From assembly GCA_964640155.1 (NCBI GenBank), contig CAZXEQ010000004.1:90001-122000 (forward strand): 32,000 nucleotides of DNA. The letters are read 5' to 3'. The stretch comes from an uncultured bacterium. Its GTDB lineage: Bacteria > Auribacterota > JACPWU01. A program made the position numbers and the translations under genes. The notes below the pieces were generated by a model that was not told the origin of the DNA, ran no database searches, and was given only the letters and a program-made list of their open reading frames with translations. Position 1 is the stretch's first letter. Each line of letters starts with the position of its first letter. Below are positions 18,224-30,732 of the stretch, piece by piece.

Positions 18224-19694
18224 TGGATGCTCCTTTCTTGAGCGCTTTCAAATAAATTTCTTCATATTGCTTTGCAGAGTTTTCCCATGAAAAATCACAT
18301 TTCATAGCGTTTTTAATAATAAAACGAAATATCTCTGGATGTCGATAAATCTCTAAAGCTTCTTGAATTTTAGCCCATAATGCTTTTTCAGAATACTCTT
18401 GAAACTTAAATCCATTTCCTTGCAAAGTCTGCGGATCAAAGTCCTGAATTGTATCATCAAGACCTCCCGTTGCACGTACAATCGGAATTGTGCCATATTT
18501 AAGGCTATAAATCTGATTGAGCCCACAAGGTTCAAACCGAGATGGCATAAGAAAAAAATCACAACCTGCTTCAATGCGATGGGATAAGCCTATATCAAAA
18601 CCAATACGAACCCCAATCTTCCCAGGATACTTTTGAGCCATTTCTTTAAGTTGCTCTTGATATTTATCTTCACCACTGCCTAATACGACTAATCCTGCGT
18701 CTTGAGAAAGTAGGGGTTCTATAATTTCGCTCAACAAATCAAACCCTTTTTGGTCTACAAGTCTGGATACAATTCCCAAGAGAGGTTGTTGTGGAGTTAA
18801 GGTAAGACCAAATTCTTGAATAAGAGCTTTCTTGCATTCGGTTTTACCCGCAAGATCATTTACAGAATAGGAGGATGCAATAAAATGATCCTTTTGCGGA
18901 CTCCATTCATCATAATCAACGCCATTGAGAATGCCATAAAGGTCTTTAGATCTTTTGATAAGAACTCCTTCAAGGCCGCATCCGTATTCTACAGTTTTGA
19001 TTTCTTCACTGTATTTTCGACTCACAGTTGTCAAAACATCAGAGTAAACCAATCCTGCTTTTAAAAAATTCATTTTTCCATAAAATTCTATCCCCTCAGG
19101 AGTAAAAACTTCCCATGGAAGATTGGTCATGTGCATGTCGTAATGCCAAAAAAGTCCTTGATAAGCAAGGTTATGAATCGTAAAAACCGTTTTTGTTTTT
19201 GAGAAGAAAATATTATTGGGTTCCAGAATGCGTAAGAATGAGCCTATAAGGCCTGTTTGCCAATCGTGACAATGTAAAATATCAGGCTTGATGTCCAATT
19301 CTTCCAGTGCAGCCAAAACAGCTTTTGAAAAGAAAGTAAATCTCTCGGCATTATCTTTATAGTCTGCAGTTCCAGATTTATAGAGTTCGTCTCTTTGATA
19401 ATACTCATCCTTTACAATAAAAATAACATCAATTTTGTTAGCTAACTTAGTTGTTGCAAGCTCCCCTTCTACAATTTTTTCTCCCAATTGTACGAATATT
19501 TTTTTTGAAAAGCGTTTAATGTCAAAATTTCCTTTCATCGTTTGTTTATAGAAAGGGGTAATAATTTTAACATCATGCCCGAGAGCAACCAAAGCTTTAG
19601 GAAGGGCTCCTGTCACATCTGCCAATCCCCCTGTTTTAGAAAAAGGATGAACTTCACTGGATGCAAAAACAATATTAAGCTTTCTAGGTATCAT
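18216..19694 (-). CDS. glgA: glycogen (starch) synthase, GT5
   Basis: 492 aa with the N-terminal EVHPFSKTGGLADV (KTGGL) motif and the C-terminal PSRFEPCGL and ATGGLDDT motifs. Confidence 0.94.
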   Translation of the reverse strand: MIPRKLNIVFASSEVHPFSKTGGLADVTGALPKALVALGHDVKIITPFYKQTMKGNFDIKRFSKKIFVQLGEKIVEGELATTKLANKIDVIFIVKDEYYQRDELYKSGTADYKDNAERFTFFSKAVLAALEELDIKPDILHCHDWQTGLIGSFLRILEPNNIFFSKTKTVFTIHNLAYQGLFWHYDMHMTNLPWEVFTPEGIEFYGKMNFLKAGLVYSDVLTTVSRKYSEEIKTVEYGCGLEGVLIKRSKDLYGILNGVDYDEWSPQKDHFIASSYSVNDLAGKTECKKALIQEFGLTLTPQQPLLGIVSRLVDQKGFDLLSEIIEPLLSQDAGLVVLGSGEDKYQEQLKEMAQKYPGKIGVRIGFDIGLSHRIEAGCDFFLMPSRFEPCGLNQIYSLKYGTIPIVRATGGLDDTIQDFDPQTLQGNGFKFQEYSEKALWAKIQEALEIYRHPEIFRFIIKNAMKCDFSWENSAKQYEEIYLKALKKGASNA

Positions 19695-19699
19695 TTTTC

Positions 19700-20944
19700 T
19701 TATCCTTCTTTTTCAACCCAATCAAATTTTGTTTTTTTAGGAACAACAACCACCCCATTTTCTGTGACAAAAAATCTTTTCTTATCTTTTTCTAAATCAA
19801 AACCAATCCGGACTTTGGGCGGGATCTCTACGTCTTTATCAATAATGGCTTTTCGAATTTGTGCGTAACGACCGACATTGACTCCATCCATGAGAATTGT
19901 TTCTTCGATCGAAGTGAAACTGTTGATTCTCACTCCAGGAGAAACAACACATCGATTGACGCGGCCTCCACTGATAATGCACCCTTCAGAAATGAGAGAG
20001 TCTGTTGCATAGCCCACTCTTTGCTCTTCAATGTTTGCAAAAACAAATTTTGCAGGAGGAAGATGAGAAGGCGTTGTTCGAATGGGCCATTGCTGATTGT
20101 ACAAATTGAGCTGAGGAGAAACACTTATCAAATCCATATTAGCTTCCCAATAAGCATCTGTCGTCCCAACATCTCTCCAATATCCTCTTTCTTTTTCCTC
20201 AAGGCCAGGTAGCACATTTGTAGAAAAATCGTATGCAAACACTCTAGATGTTTTAACAAGATCAGGGATAACATTTTTTCCAAAATCATGGGCTCCCTCT
20301 TTTTCAGAATCTTTTTTGAGGGCAGGAAGAAGAATGTCTTTTTTAAAAATATAATTACCCATTGAAACAAGGGCTTTACCAGGTTGATTCGGAATACAAA
20401 TAGGATTTTTAGGTTTTTCTTGAAATCCTATAATTTTCCAATCAGGATCTACCACAATAACACCAAAATTAGATGCTTCTTCTAAAGGATATGGAACAGC
20501 AGATATGGTTACATCTGCTTCCTTTTCCTGATGAAATTTTTCCATCAAGCGAACATCCATCTTGTAAATATGATCCCCGCCAAATACAAAAACAAGATCA
20601 GGATTTTCGTCTTCAATAATATTCATATTCTGATAAATAGCATCGGCAGTTCCTTTAAACCAACCTTCTCCGGTTCTCATCTGAGCAGGCACGCAATCAA
20701 TATAATGACCAAGAGTGGGTGAAAGCCTCCAACCTGTCGAAACATGCTTGTTTAATGATTCAGACAAAAATTGGGTGAGAATTTTAATTTTGAAATATCC
20801 TGAGTTTACAAAATTACTCAGGACAAAATCGATGATCCGATAATGCCCTCCAAATGGAACAGCAGGCTTTGCTCTATCTTTTGTCAAAGGATAGAGGCGC
20901 TTACCTTCTCCCCCAGCAAGAACCATTACTAAATTTTTAGACAT
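19700..20944 (-). CDS. glgC: glucose-1-phosphate adenylyltransferase
   Basis: 414 aa with LAGGEGKRLYPLTKDRAKPAVPFGG, FQEKP and a C-terminal left-handed beta-helix region. A 5-nt gap separates it from glgA. Confidence 0.95.
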   Translation of the reverse strand: MSKNLVMVLAGGEGKRLYPLTKDRAKPAVPFGGHYRIIDFVLSNFVNSGYFKIKILTQFLSESLNKHVSTGWRLSPTLGHYIDCVPAQMRTGEGWFKGTADAIYQNMNIIEDENPDLVFVFGGDHIYKMDVRLMEKFHQEKEADVTISAVPYPLEEASNFGVIVVDPDWKIIGFQEKPKNPICIPNQPGKALVSMGNYIFKKDILLPALKKDSEKEGAHDFGKNVIPDLVKTSRVFAYDFSTNVLPGLEEKERGYWRDVGTTDAYWEANMDLISVSPQLNLYNQQWPIRTTPSHLPPAKFVFANIEEQRVGYATDSLISEGCIISGGRVNRCVVSPGVRINSFTSIEETILMDGVNVGRYAQIRKAIIDKDVEIPPKVRIGFDLEKDKKRFFVTENGVVVVPKKTKFDWVEKEG

Positions 20945-21063
20945 AACTCATTTCTACCCAAGTACAAAGGTTTTAAATAAATATAATTAAAGATTATAAA
21001 CAGCTTTGTGCGGCGATGAAAGAAAATTCGAGAGATAAAGTGATGAAAAGCATGTTCCTTATC

Positions 21064-21145
21064 GATGCGGGTGACACTCGGCGAGGAGCCCCGCCGCATG
21101 CAACTTTTAGTGAGTACGGTGGGGCTGACGAGTGGCAGGCCCCGC
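21064..21145. other. isolated GC-rich extended inverted repeat (candidate structured RNA, or 3' stem-loop of clpB)
   Basis: About 80 nt that is visibly far more GC-rich than its surroundings. Nested pairings are GCGGG (21067-71)/CCCGC (21141-45), CACTCG (21075-80)/CGAGTG (21129-34) and AGCCCCGCC (21087-95)/GGTGGGGCT (21118-26, with one G-T). A 22-nt AT-richer apex lies between them. Mutually exclusive local hairpins are also possible: ATGCGG/CCGCAT and GGGGC/GCCCC. The element begins at the clpB stop codon. No U-tract follows it. Confidence 0.3.
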
Positions 21146-23730
21146 TACTTTCTAAACTCAAACTCTTCTTTGGAGTTCAGAGAAACTTTTAGACGAGATC
21201 CTTCTTCAATTTCTCCATTCAAAATCTTCAAAGCTAATGGATCCATCAATTTTTGCTGTATCAATCTTTTCAGTGGACGAGCACCATAAGCTGAATCAAA
21301 TCCGTGTTCTGCTAGGTGATGAAGAGCTTTGGGATCGAGATCAAGAGTAATTTTTTGATTATTTAATCTGTTTTTAAGTAAATCGATCTGTATTTGTGCA
21401 ATGGCTTCCATATCGCTTGCAGCGAGCGAACGAAAAACGATTGATTCATCAATACGATTTAAAAATTCTGGTCTGAAATGAGTTTTTAGATTTTCCATGA
21501 CGAGCTTCTTCATTTCAGAATAGTCTCGATCTGAAAAATTTTGAATAATATCACTGGCAATATTAGATGTAAGAATCAAAACCGTATTTTTAAAATCAAC
21601 AATATGCCCTTGTCCATCTGTTAAACGCCCATCGTCCATAATTTGGAGAAGAATATTAAAAACATCCGGATGTGCTTTTTCAATCTCATCAAATAAAACA
21701 ACTGCATAAGGTCTTCTTCGAATCTTTTCTGTTAAAAATCCTCCCTCTTCATACCCCACATAGCCAGGAGGCGCTCCGATGAGACGAGCGACAGAATGTT
21801 TTTCCATAAATTCAGACATATCAATTCTAAGTAAAGCATTTTCATCATCAAAAAGAAATTGAGCTAAGGCTTTTGCAAGCTCTGTTTTCCCTACCCCCGT
21901 GGGTCCTAGAAACATAAAAGTCCCCATGGGTCTCTTGGGGTCTTGAATACCAGCTCGAGCTCTTCGAATAGCATTTGCCACAGCTTCAAGGGCTTTGTCT
22001 TGACCAATCACACGTTTTCGAAGCTCTTTTTCCATTGAAACAAGTTTTTGGCGTTCGGTTTCCATCATTCTTGAAACAGGAATCCCTGTCCATTTAGACA
22101 CAACTTCAGCAATGTCTTCCGCATCGACTTCTTCTTTCAACATTTTTGCTTCTTTTTGAAGTTGGGTGAGAGATTCATTTACTTTTTGAATTTCATTTTG
22201 AAGCTGAGCAATGGTTCCATAACGAAGTGTCGCGACTTTTTCGAGATTACCTTCTCTTTCCGCTTGAGCTTCCCCAGTTCTTGCCGTTTCAATATCAGAC
22301 TTGATCTTTCGAATTTTTTGAATTAATTCTTTTTCTTTGGACCAATGGATTTTCATTTTAGAAGATTCTTTTTCGAGCGCTTGTAGTTCTTCTTCTAATT
22401 TCTTGAGACGATTTTTGGATTCAGTATCTTTTTCTTTTTGAAGGGCTTGTTTTTCGATCTGAAGTTGAGTTTTTTTGCGTTCGATTTCATCCAGCTCTGT
22501 CGGAAGACTGTCAATTTCAATCCTTAATTTCGATGCAGATTCATCAACAAGATCAATGGCTTTATCAGGTAGTTGTCGCCCTGTAATATAACGATGGCTT
22601 AGAGTAGCTGCTGCCACCAGAGCAGAATCCTGAATTCGCACCCCGTGATGGACTTCATAACGTTCTTTGAGTCCTCTTAAGATAGCAATCGTGTCTTCTA
22701 CTGAAGGTTCACACACCTGCACAGGCTGGAATCGTCTTTCAAGCGCTTTGTCCTTCTCAATATATTTACGATATTCATCTAAAGTCGTTGCTCCAACACA
22801 ACGAAGTTCTCCTCGTGCTAATGCGGGTTTAAGCATATTGGAAGCATCCACAGCACCTTCTGCAGAACCTGCACCAACCAGAGTATGCAGTTCATCAATG
22901 AAAAGAATGATTTCTCCCGCAGCATCCTGAACCTCTTTTAAAAAAGCTTTAAATCGATCTTCAAACTCGCCTCTGTATTTTGCTCCTGCAATCATAGCTC
23001 CTAAGTCCATCGCTAAGACACGTTTATTTTTCAAGCTTTCAGGAACATCTCCATTGATGATACGAAGGGCGAGTCCCTCTGCAATCGCTGTTTTCCCTAC
23101 CCCCGGATCTCCAATTAAAACAGGATTATTTTTTGTTCGCCGAGACAACACTTGAATCACACGACGTATTTCATCATCACGACCAATCACAGGATCAAGT
23201 TTTGACTTCTTAGCTAACTCAGTCAAATCTCTTGAATAGCGCTCTATGGCTTGAATTTTACTTTCTGGATTTTGATCATTCACGGTATGACTCCCTCTCA
23301 CTTTTGCCAGGGCTTGAAAAAGCAAATTCTGATTGATTCCAAATTGATGTAATAATTTTCCAACGTTTGTTTGTGATTGTTTAGCTATCGCAATAAAAAG
23401 ATGCTCTGTACTTACAAAAACGTCCTTTAATGTTTTGGCATCTGTTAATGCTGTGTTTAAAACTTGCGTTAGAGCTTGTGAAGGGTATCGTTCTATTTCT
23501 GTTCCATAAACTTTCGGAAGCTTCTCTAAAAGCTCATGAAGAGATTTTATTAAATCAGCAGTATCTTTACCACAAGCCGTAATGAGAGATGGAACAATCC
23601 CATCTTTCTGATGAAGCAAAGTCCATAAAAGATGTTCTAGATCAATTTGGGCATGTTCTCTTGCTTGTGCCAGCTCTTGGGCTTCTACAATTGCTTCTTG
23701 AGCTTTAACTGTAAATTGATCGAGTTTCAT
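21145..23730 (-). CDS. clpB: ATP-dependent chaperone/disaggregase ClpB
   Basis: 861 aa with an N-domain, two AAA+ modules (Walker A GDPGVGKT and GPTGVGKT) and a long coiled-coil middle domain between them. Confidence 0.97.
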   Translation of the reverse strand: MKLDQFTVKAQEAIVEAQELAQAREHAQIDLEHLLWTLLHQKDGIVPSLITACGKDTADLIKSLHELLEKLPKVYGTEIERYPSQALTQVLNTALTDAKTLKDVFVSTEHLFIAIAKQSQTNVGKLLHQFGINQNLLFQALAKVRGSHTVNDQNPESKIQAIERYSRDLTELAKKSKLDPVIGRDDEIRRVIQVLSRRTKNNPVLIGDPGVGKTAIAEGLALRIINGDVPESLKNKRVLAMDLGAMIAGAKYRGEFEDRFKAFLKEVQDAAGEIILFIDELHTLVGAGSAEGAVDASNMLKPALARGELRCVGATTLDEYRKYIEKDKALERRFQPVQVCEPSVEDTIAILRGLKERYEVHHGVRIQDSALVAAATLSHRYITGRQLPDKAIDLVDESASKLRIEIDSLPTELDEIERKKTQLQIEKQALQKEKDTESKNRLKKLEEELQALEKESSKMKIHWSKEKELIQKIRKIKSDIETARTGEAQAEREGNLEKVATLRYGTIAQLQNEIQKVNESLTQLQKEAKMLKEEVDAEDIAEVVSKWTGIPVSRMMETERQKLVSMEKELRKRVIGQDKALEAVANAIRRARAGIQDPKRPMGTFMFLGPTGVGKTELAKALAQFLFDDENALLRIDMSEFMEKHSVARLIGAPPGYVGYEEGGFLTEKIRRRPYAVVLFDEIEKAHPDVFNILLQIMDDGRLTDGQGHIVDFKNTVLILTSNIASDIIQNFSDRDYSEMKKLVMENLKTHFRPEFLNRIDESIVFRSLAASDMEAIAQIQIDLLKNRLNNQKITLDLDPKALHHLAEHGFDSAYGARPLKRLIQQKLMDPLALKILNGEIEEGSRLKVSLNSKEEFEFRK

Positions 23731-23758
23731 ATGCCATTACCTAGCTTATGAAAATGTT

Positions 23759-25096
23759 TTAAGCATAACTCTTAATTAAAGAAAGCAACTCTTCGGATTT
23801 CTGTTTAAGCAATGTTTTCGTTTTTGCCTCCGCATTCAATCGAAGCAAAGGTTCTGTATTTGATTTGCGAAGATTAAACCACCAATCATCAAATTCTACA
23901 GAAAGACCATCTAGATGAAAAACTTTTCCATTTTTGTATTTCTGCTCAATTTCTCTAATAGCTTTATCCGGATTTTTGACCGTTGAATTAATTTCTCCCG
24001 TAGAATAGTAGTGTTTTAATGGAGTAACAAGTTCAGAAAGAGTCTTGTCTTCATCCGAAATAAAATTAAGCATCATGATCAAAGCAATAGCAGCACTGTC
24101 AGCAAAAAAATGATCTCTAAAATAATAATGACCTGAAAGCTCCCCCGCAAAAATACCATTGGTTTCTCGAAGCATTTGTTTAATGAAGGCATGCCCTACC
24201 CGACTCATCTTGGCTTTTCCGCCCATCTTTTCAACTTCTTCTTTCACAATCCAGCTAGAGCGCAAATCATAAAGGATCGTTTCTTTGGGATGAGATCTTA
24301 AAAGCTCTTTGGCAATGAGTGTGGTTGTAAGGTCGGCTGAAACAAGTTCTCCTTTGTTGTCTACGAACATGACTCGATCTGCATCTCCATCAAAAGCCGC
24401 TCCTAAATCAGCCTTATATTTCAGAACAGCTTTTCTTAAATCTTCCATATTGTGGGGTTCAAGAGGATTCGCGTCGTGATTTGGGAAATTGCCATCCAAT
24501 TCAAAAAAGAGAGGAATCATTTCACAAGGGAGTTTCTTAAAAAGGTGAGTGCAGATAAGGCTTCCCATACCATTGCCAGCGTCGATCACAATTTTTAATT
24601 TTTTAATTCTTTTTACAAAACTTAAAACGTGTTCAGCATAATCTTCAATAACCTCTTTAGTATAAATTTTGCCTTTTTTAGTAACTTTTTTAGGTTTTTG
24701 AAAAGACTGAACTTTTTTCTCGATCTCGGCAATGCCTGTTTCATAACTGATAGGATAAGCATTTTTTCGACACATTTTAAATCCGTTGTACTGTTTTGGA
24801 TTATGGCTGGCTGTGATCATAATGCCACCATCATAGTTATAATGAGCTGTTGCAAAAGTAATGGTAGGAGTTGTAATGAGGCCAATATCAATAATGTCCA
24901 GTCCTCCATCAGTAAGGCCTGCACTTAGGTTTTGGAAAAGAGGGAGGGAGGAACCACGCATGTCGCGTCCTACCACAACCGTACCTTTGCCTCCTAGAAA
25001 TTCTGAAAATGCGTAGCCAATTTTATAAGCCATCTCTTCATTAACTTCAGAAGGATAAAGACCTCGAATATCATAAGCTTTGAAAATCCCTGCCAT
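23759..25096 (-). CDS. phosphomannomutase/phosphoglucomutase (alpha-D-phosphohexomutase family)
   Basis: Motifs FKAYDIRG, TASHNP (phosphoserine loop), FDGDADRV (Mg site) and GELSGHYYF. The ORF track starts at TTG 25135. I prefer ATG 25096 (MAGIFKAYDIRG), with GGGAGG 7 nt upstream. The candidate promoter lies downstream of the TTG. Confidence 0.88.
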   Translation of the reverse strand: MAGIFKAYDIRGLYPSEVNEEMAYKIGYAFSEFLGGKGTVVVGRDMRGSSLPLFQNLSAGLTDGGLDIIDIGLITTPTITFATAHYNYDGGIMITASHNPKQYNGFKMCRKNAYPISYETGIAEIEKKVQSFQKPKKVTKKGKIYTKEVIEDYAEHVLSFVKRIKKLKIVIDAGNGMGSLICTHLFKKLPCEMIPLFFELDGNFPNHDANPLEPHNMEDLRKAVLKYKADLGAAFDGDADRVMFVDNKGELVSADLTTTLIAKELLRSHPKETILYDLRSSWIVKEEVEKMGGKAKMSRVGHAFIKQMLRETNGIFAGELSGHYYFRDHFFADSAAIALIMMLNFISDEDKTLSELVTPLKHYYSTGEINSTVKNPDKAIREIEQKYKNGKVFHLDGLSVEFDDWWFNLRKSNTEPLLRLNAEAKTKTLLKQKSEELLSLIKSYA

Positions 25097-25125
25097 GTAA
25101 AAGCCTCCCATTTGACTAGGGCGTG

Positions 25126-25154
25126 AATATATCAAAAATTTGGTTTTGACTCAA
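25126..25154 (-). promoter_or_regulatory. candidate sigma70 promoter of pgm/pmm-clpB
   Basis: On the - strand, TTGAGT (25154-25149), a 17-nt spacer, then TATATT (25131-25126), about 30 nt upstream of ATG 25096. Confidence 0.45.
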
Positions 25155-25180
25155 GATTGAATGAAAATTAATCTAAGCAT

Positions 25181-25228
25181 AAATTTAAAGAGGGGTTCTC
25201 CGACTCATCATCGAAGAAACCCCTCTTT
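25181..25228 (-). terminator. hairpin terminator downstream of groEL (bidirectional-looking)
   Basis: An 11-bp perfect stem, AAAGAGGGGTT (25187-25197)/AACCCCTCTTT (25218-25228), extendable past a bulge. On the - strand it is followed by AAATTTAT. On the + strand it is followed by TTATTTTA. It starts 29 nt after the groEL stop. Confidence 0.6.
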
Positions 25229-25256
25229 TATTTTAGACAGTTAAAACAGAAGGCTC

Positions 25257-26927
<1,671 letters not shown>

Positions 26928-26938
26928 TTATATCGTTG

Positions 26939-27226
26939 TTATTTAAGAACTGCCAAAACTTCTTCTTCTCGAAGAATAAGAAAGTCATCATCACCAACTT
27001 TCACTTCTGTTCCTGAATATTTCCCAATCAACACTTTGTCGCCTTCTTTGACTTGGAATGGAATCTGCTTTCCTTCATCAGATACCTTACCAGCTCCAAG
27101 CGCAACGACTTCGGCTTCCATTGGCTTTTCTTTGGCTGTATCAGGAATAATAATTCCGCCTTTTTTTACTTCTTTTTCTTCAACCCTTTTAACAAGGATT
27201 CTGTCTGCTAAAGGTTTAACCTTCAT
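26939..27226 (-). CDS. groS: co-chaperonin GroES (Cpn10)
   Basis: 95 aa, beginning [14 protein letters not shown], with a mobile loop. Lies 26 nt upstream of groEL, which has a GGAG SD. Confidence 0.97.
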   Translation of the reverse strand: MKVKPLADRILVKRVEEKEVKKGGIIIPDTAKEKPMEAEVVALGAGKVSDEGKQIPFQVKEGDKVLIGKYSGTEVKVGDDDFLILREEEVLAVLK

Positions 27227-27249
27227 TACTTCACCCCTTTCAGGTTTTA

Positions 27250-29202
<1,953 letters not shown>

Positions 29203-29251
29203 CTAAATTTTGTTTGTTTGCACAAACTTCTAATTCTCTGATTGTATTAAT

Positions 29252-29267
29252 AGCAATATACATGCCA
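29252..29267 (-). promoter_or_regulatory. candidate sigma54 (-24/-12) promoter upstream of dnaK
   Basis: The - strand reads TGGCATGTATATTGCT against the consensus TGGCACG-N4-TTGCW. GG and GC fall in the canonical positions with exact spacing. It lies 68-83 nt upstream of the dnaK ATG, and a GAFTGA-type activator is encoded immediately upstream. Confidence 0.6.
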
Positions 29268-29354
29268 ACTAAAATTAATTTTAAATATTTTGTAATATAC
29301 TCTTAAGCAAATATTTATATTTTTAATTTTTTTGATTTCAAAAAGAGAGCATTT

Positions 29355-29377
29355 GCATGAGACATAATGTCTCATGC
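29355..29377. promoter_or_regulatory. perfect 23-bp palindrome: candidate enhancer (UAS) for the sigma54 activator, or a transcript-end hairpin of the RR gene
   Basis: GCATGAGACAT-A-ATGTCTCATGC, with 11-bp perfect arms. It lies 11 nt after the RR stop codon, and its centre is about 100 bp upstream of the -24 element. No adjacent U-tract on the - strand (AAATGCTCTCTTTTTG follows). Confidence 0.45.
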
Positions 29378-29388
29378 GAATAGGGACA

Positions 29389-30732
29389 TTATGCATCAAT
29401 CGCATAGTCATGAAGTTTTCGATGGAGAGTTCTGCGGCTAATTCCGAGAAGTTTTGCAGCTTTGCTTTTATTAAATTTTGTTGAGTTTAAAGTTTGTAAA
29501 ATAAGATTTTTTTCTGCTTCTTTAATAGGAATGCCTGGATTTGTAAATGTTGATATTTCTTTTGCTGCTCGGATATGCGGTGGTACGTCACTTGGTCCTA
29601 ACTCTTCTTTCTTTGCAAGAACCACCATGCTTTGAATGGTGTTCTTAAGTTCTCTTACATTTCCTGGCCAATTGTATTGTAAAAGTGCTTCCGTAGCTTT
29701 AGATGAAATCGAAACAACGTTTTTATTATTCTCTTGAGCAGCTTCTTTCAAAAAATTTTGAATCAAAAGAGGAATATCCTCTCTTCTTTCTCTTAGCGGG
29801 GGTATATCAATTTGTACAACATGAAGTCTATAATAAAGATCCTCTCTGAAAGTCCCTTCTTCTACTTTTTTCTTGAGCTGGGTATTAGTAGCCGAGATGA
29901 CACGTACATCTACTTTAAGAGTCTGAGTTCCTCCTACTCGTTCAAAAGCAGTTTCTTGAAGAACGCGTAAGAGCTTTACTTGTATACTAGGACTAATTTC
30001 AGAAATTTCATCCAGGAAAAGAGTTCCTCCATTTGCTTTTTCAAATCGTCCAATATGGCGCTCATGAGCCCCTGTAAAAGCCCCCTTTTCATGACCAAAG
30101 AGTTCACTCTCCAGCAAATTTTCCGAGAGTGACGCACAATGAACAGCTACAAAAGGTTTTCCCTTCCGAGGGCTTAAGTTGTGAATGGAATTTGCAATAA
30201 GTTCTTTTCCCGTTCCACTTTCCCCTTGAATTAAAATGGTTGCTTTTGTGGGAGCAACTTGTTGAATCAACTCGTGAATCTCTTGCATTTTAGAACTTTC
30301 ACCAATTAATTTTTCAAAACCCTGCTTTTTATTGATTTGTTCTTTCAATAATTGATTTTCATTTTCTATTCTCTTAGCTTCAACTGTTCTGGAGAGAATA
30401 ATCTCCAGTTCGTCAAGGTTAACGGGTTTTGAAAGATAGTCATGAGCTCCTTTTCTCATTGCCTCAACAGCAGTTTCAATGGAACCATAGGCTGTGAAAA
30501 CAACAATTTTTAGCAGGGGATCTATTTTTTTAACTTCTTCGATTAATTGTAAGCCTCCCATGCTTGGCATGCGAAGATCTGTCAACATTAAATCAAAAGA
30601 GTCTTTTTTCAAAATCTCTAGCGCGTCCAGCCCATTTTTTGCAAGCTGTACGTCATAGCTAGACTTGAGCGCTCTTGCCAACCCTTCTCGAGAGCTTATT
30701 TCATCATCTACAATCAAAATTTTTGGTTTCAC
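29389..30732 (-). CDS. sigma54-dependent two-component response regulator (NtrC family bEBP)
   Basis: 447 aa. REC domain (DD...D in LMLTDLRMP...K). AAA+ domain with Walker A GESGTGKE, Walker B LFLDEI and the sigma54-contact loop GAFTGA. C-terminal Fis-type HTH (AAKLLGISRRTLHRKL). GTG start in a GTGA overlap with the kinase stop. Confidence 0.93.
   Translation of the reverse strand: MKPKILIVDDEISSREGLARALKSSYDVQLAKNGLDALEILKKDSFDLMLTDLRMPSMGGLQLIEEVKKIDPLLKIVVFTAYGSIETAVEAMRKGAHDYLSKPVNLDELEIILSRTVEAKRIENENQLLKEQINKKQGFEKLIGESSKMQEIHELIQQVAPTKATILIQGESGTGKELIANSIHNLSPRKGKPFVAVHCASLSENLLESELFGHEKGAFTGAHERHIGRFEKANGGTLFLDEISEISPSIQVKLLRVLQETAFERVGGTQTLKVDVRVISATNTQLKKKVEEGTFREDLYYRLHVVQIDIPPLRERREDIPLLIQNFLKEAAQENNKNVVSISSKATEALLQYNWPGNVRELKNTIQSMVVLAKKEELGPSDVPPHIRAAKEISTFTNPGIPIKEAEKNLILQTLNSTKFNKSKAAKLLGISRRTLHRKLHDYAIDA

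Noticed and set aside
21064-21145. Identification of the GC-rich element as SRP (4.5S) RNA, a tRNA-like gene or a hammerhead ribozyme (it contains CTGACGA, which fits CUGANGA).
   Set aside because: There is no GNRA-capped helix-8 motif (GGAA/AGCA loops). There is no T-loop GTTCGAA. There is no downstream GAAA core or three-way junction to complete a hammerhead. I left it as an unclassified structured element.
13676-22930. Other short same-strand or antisense ORFs inside GH57, galT, glgA, glgC and clpB (for example 13676..14008, 17147..17431, 18051..18290, 19542..19868, 19859..20212, 22667..22930).
   Set aside because: All are nested in strongly supported genes, and none has a start context or recognisable motifs.
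25097-25135. N-terminal extension of the phosphohexomutase from TTG 25135.
   Set aside because: ATG 25096 has a GGGAGG SD and gives the canonical MAGIFKAYDIRG N-terminus. The TTG lies upstream of the candidate -10 element.
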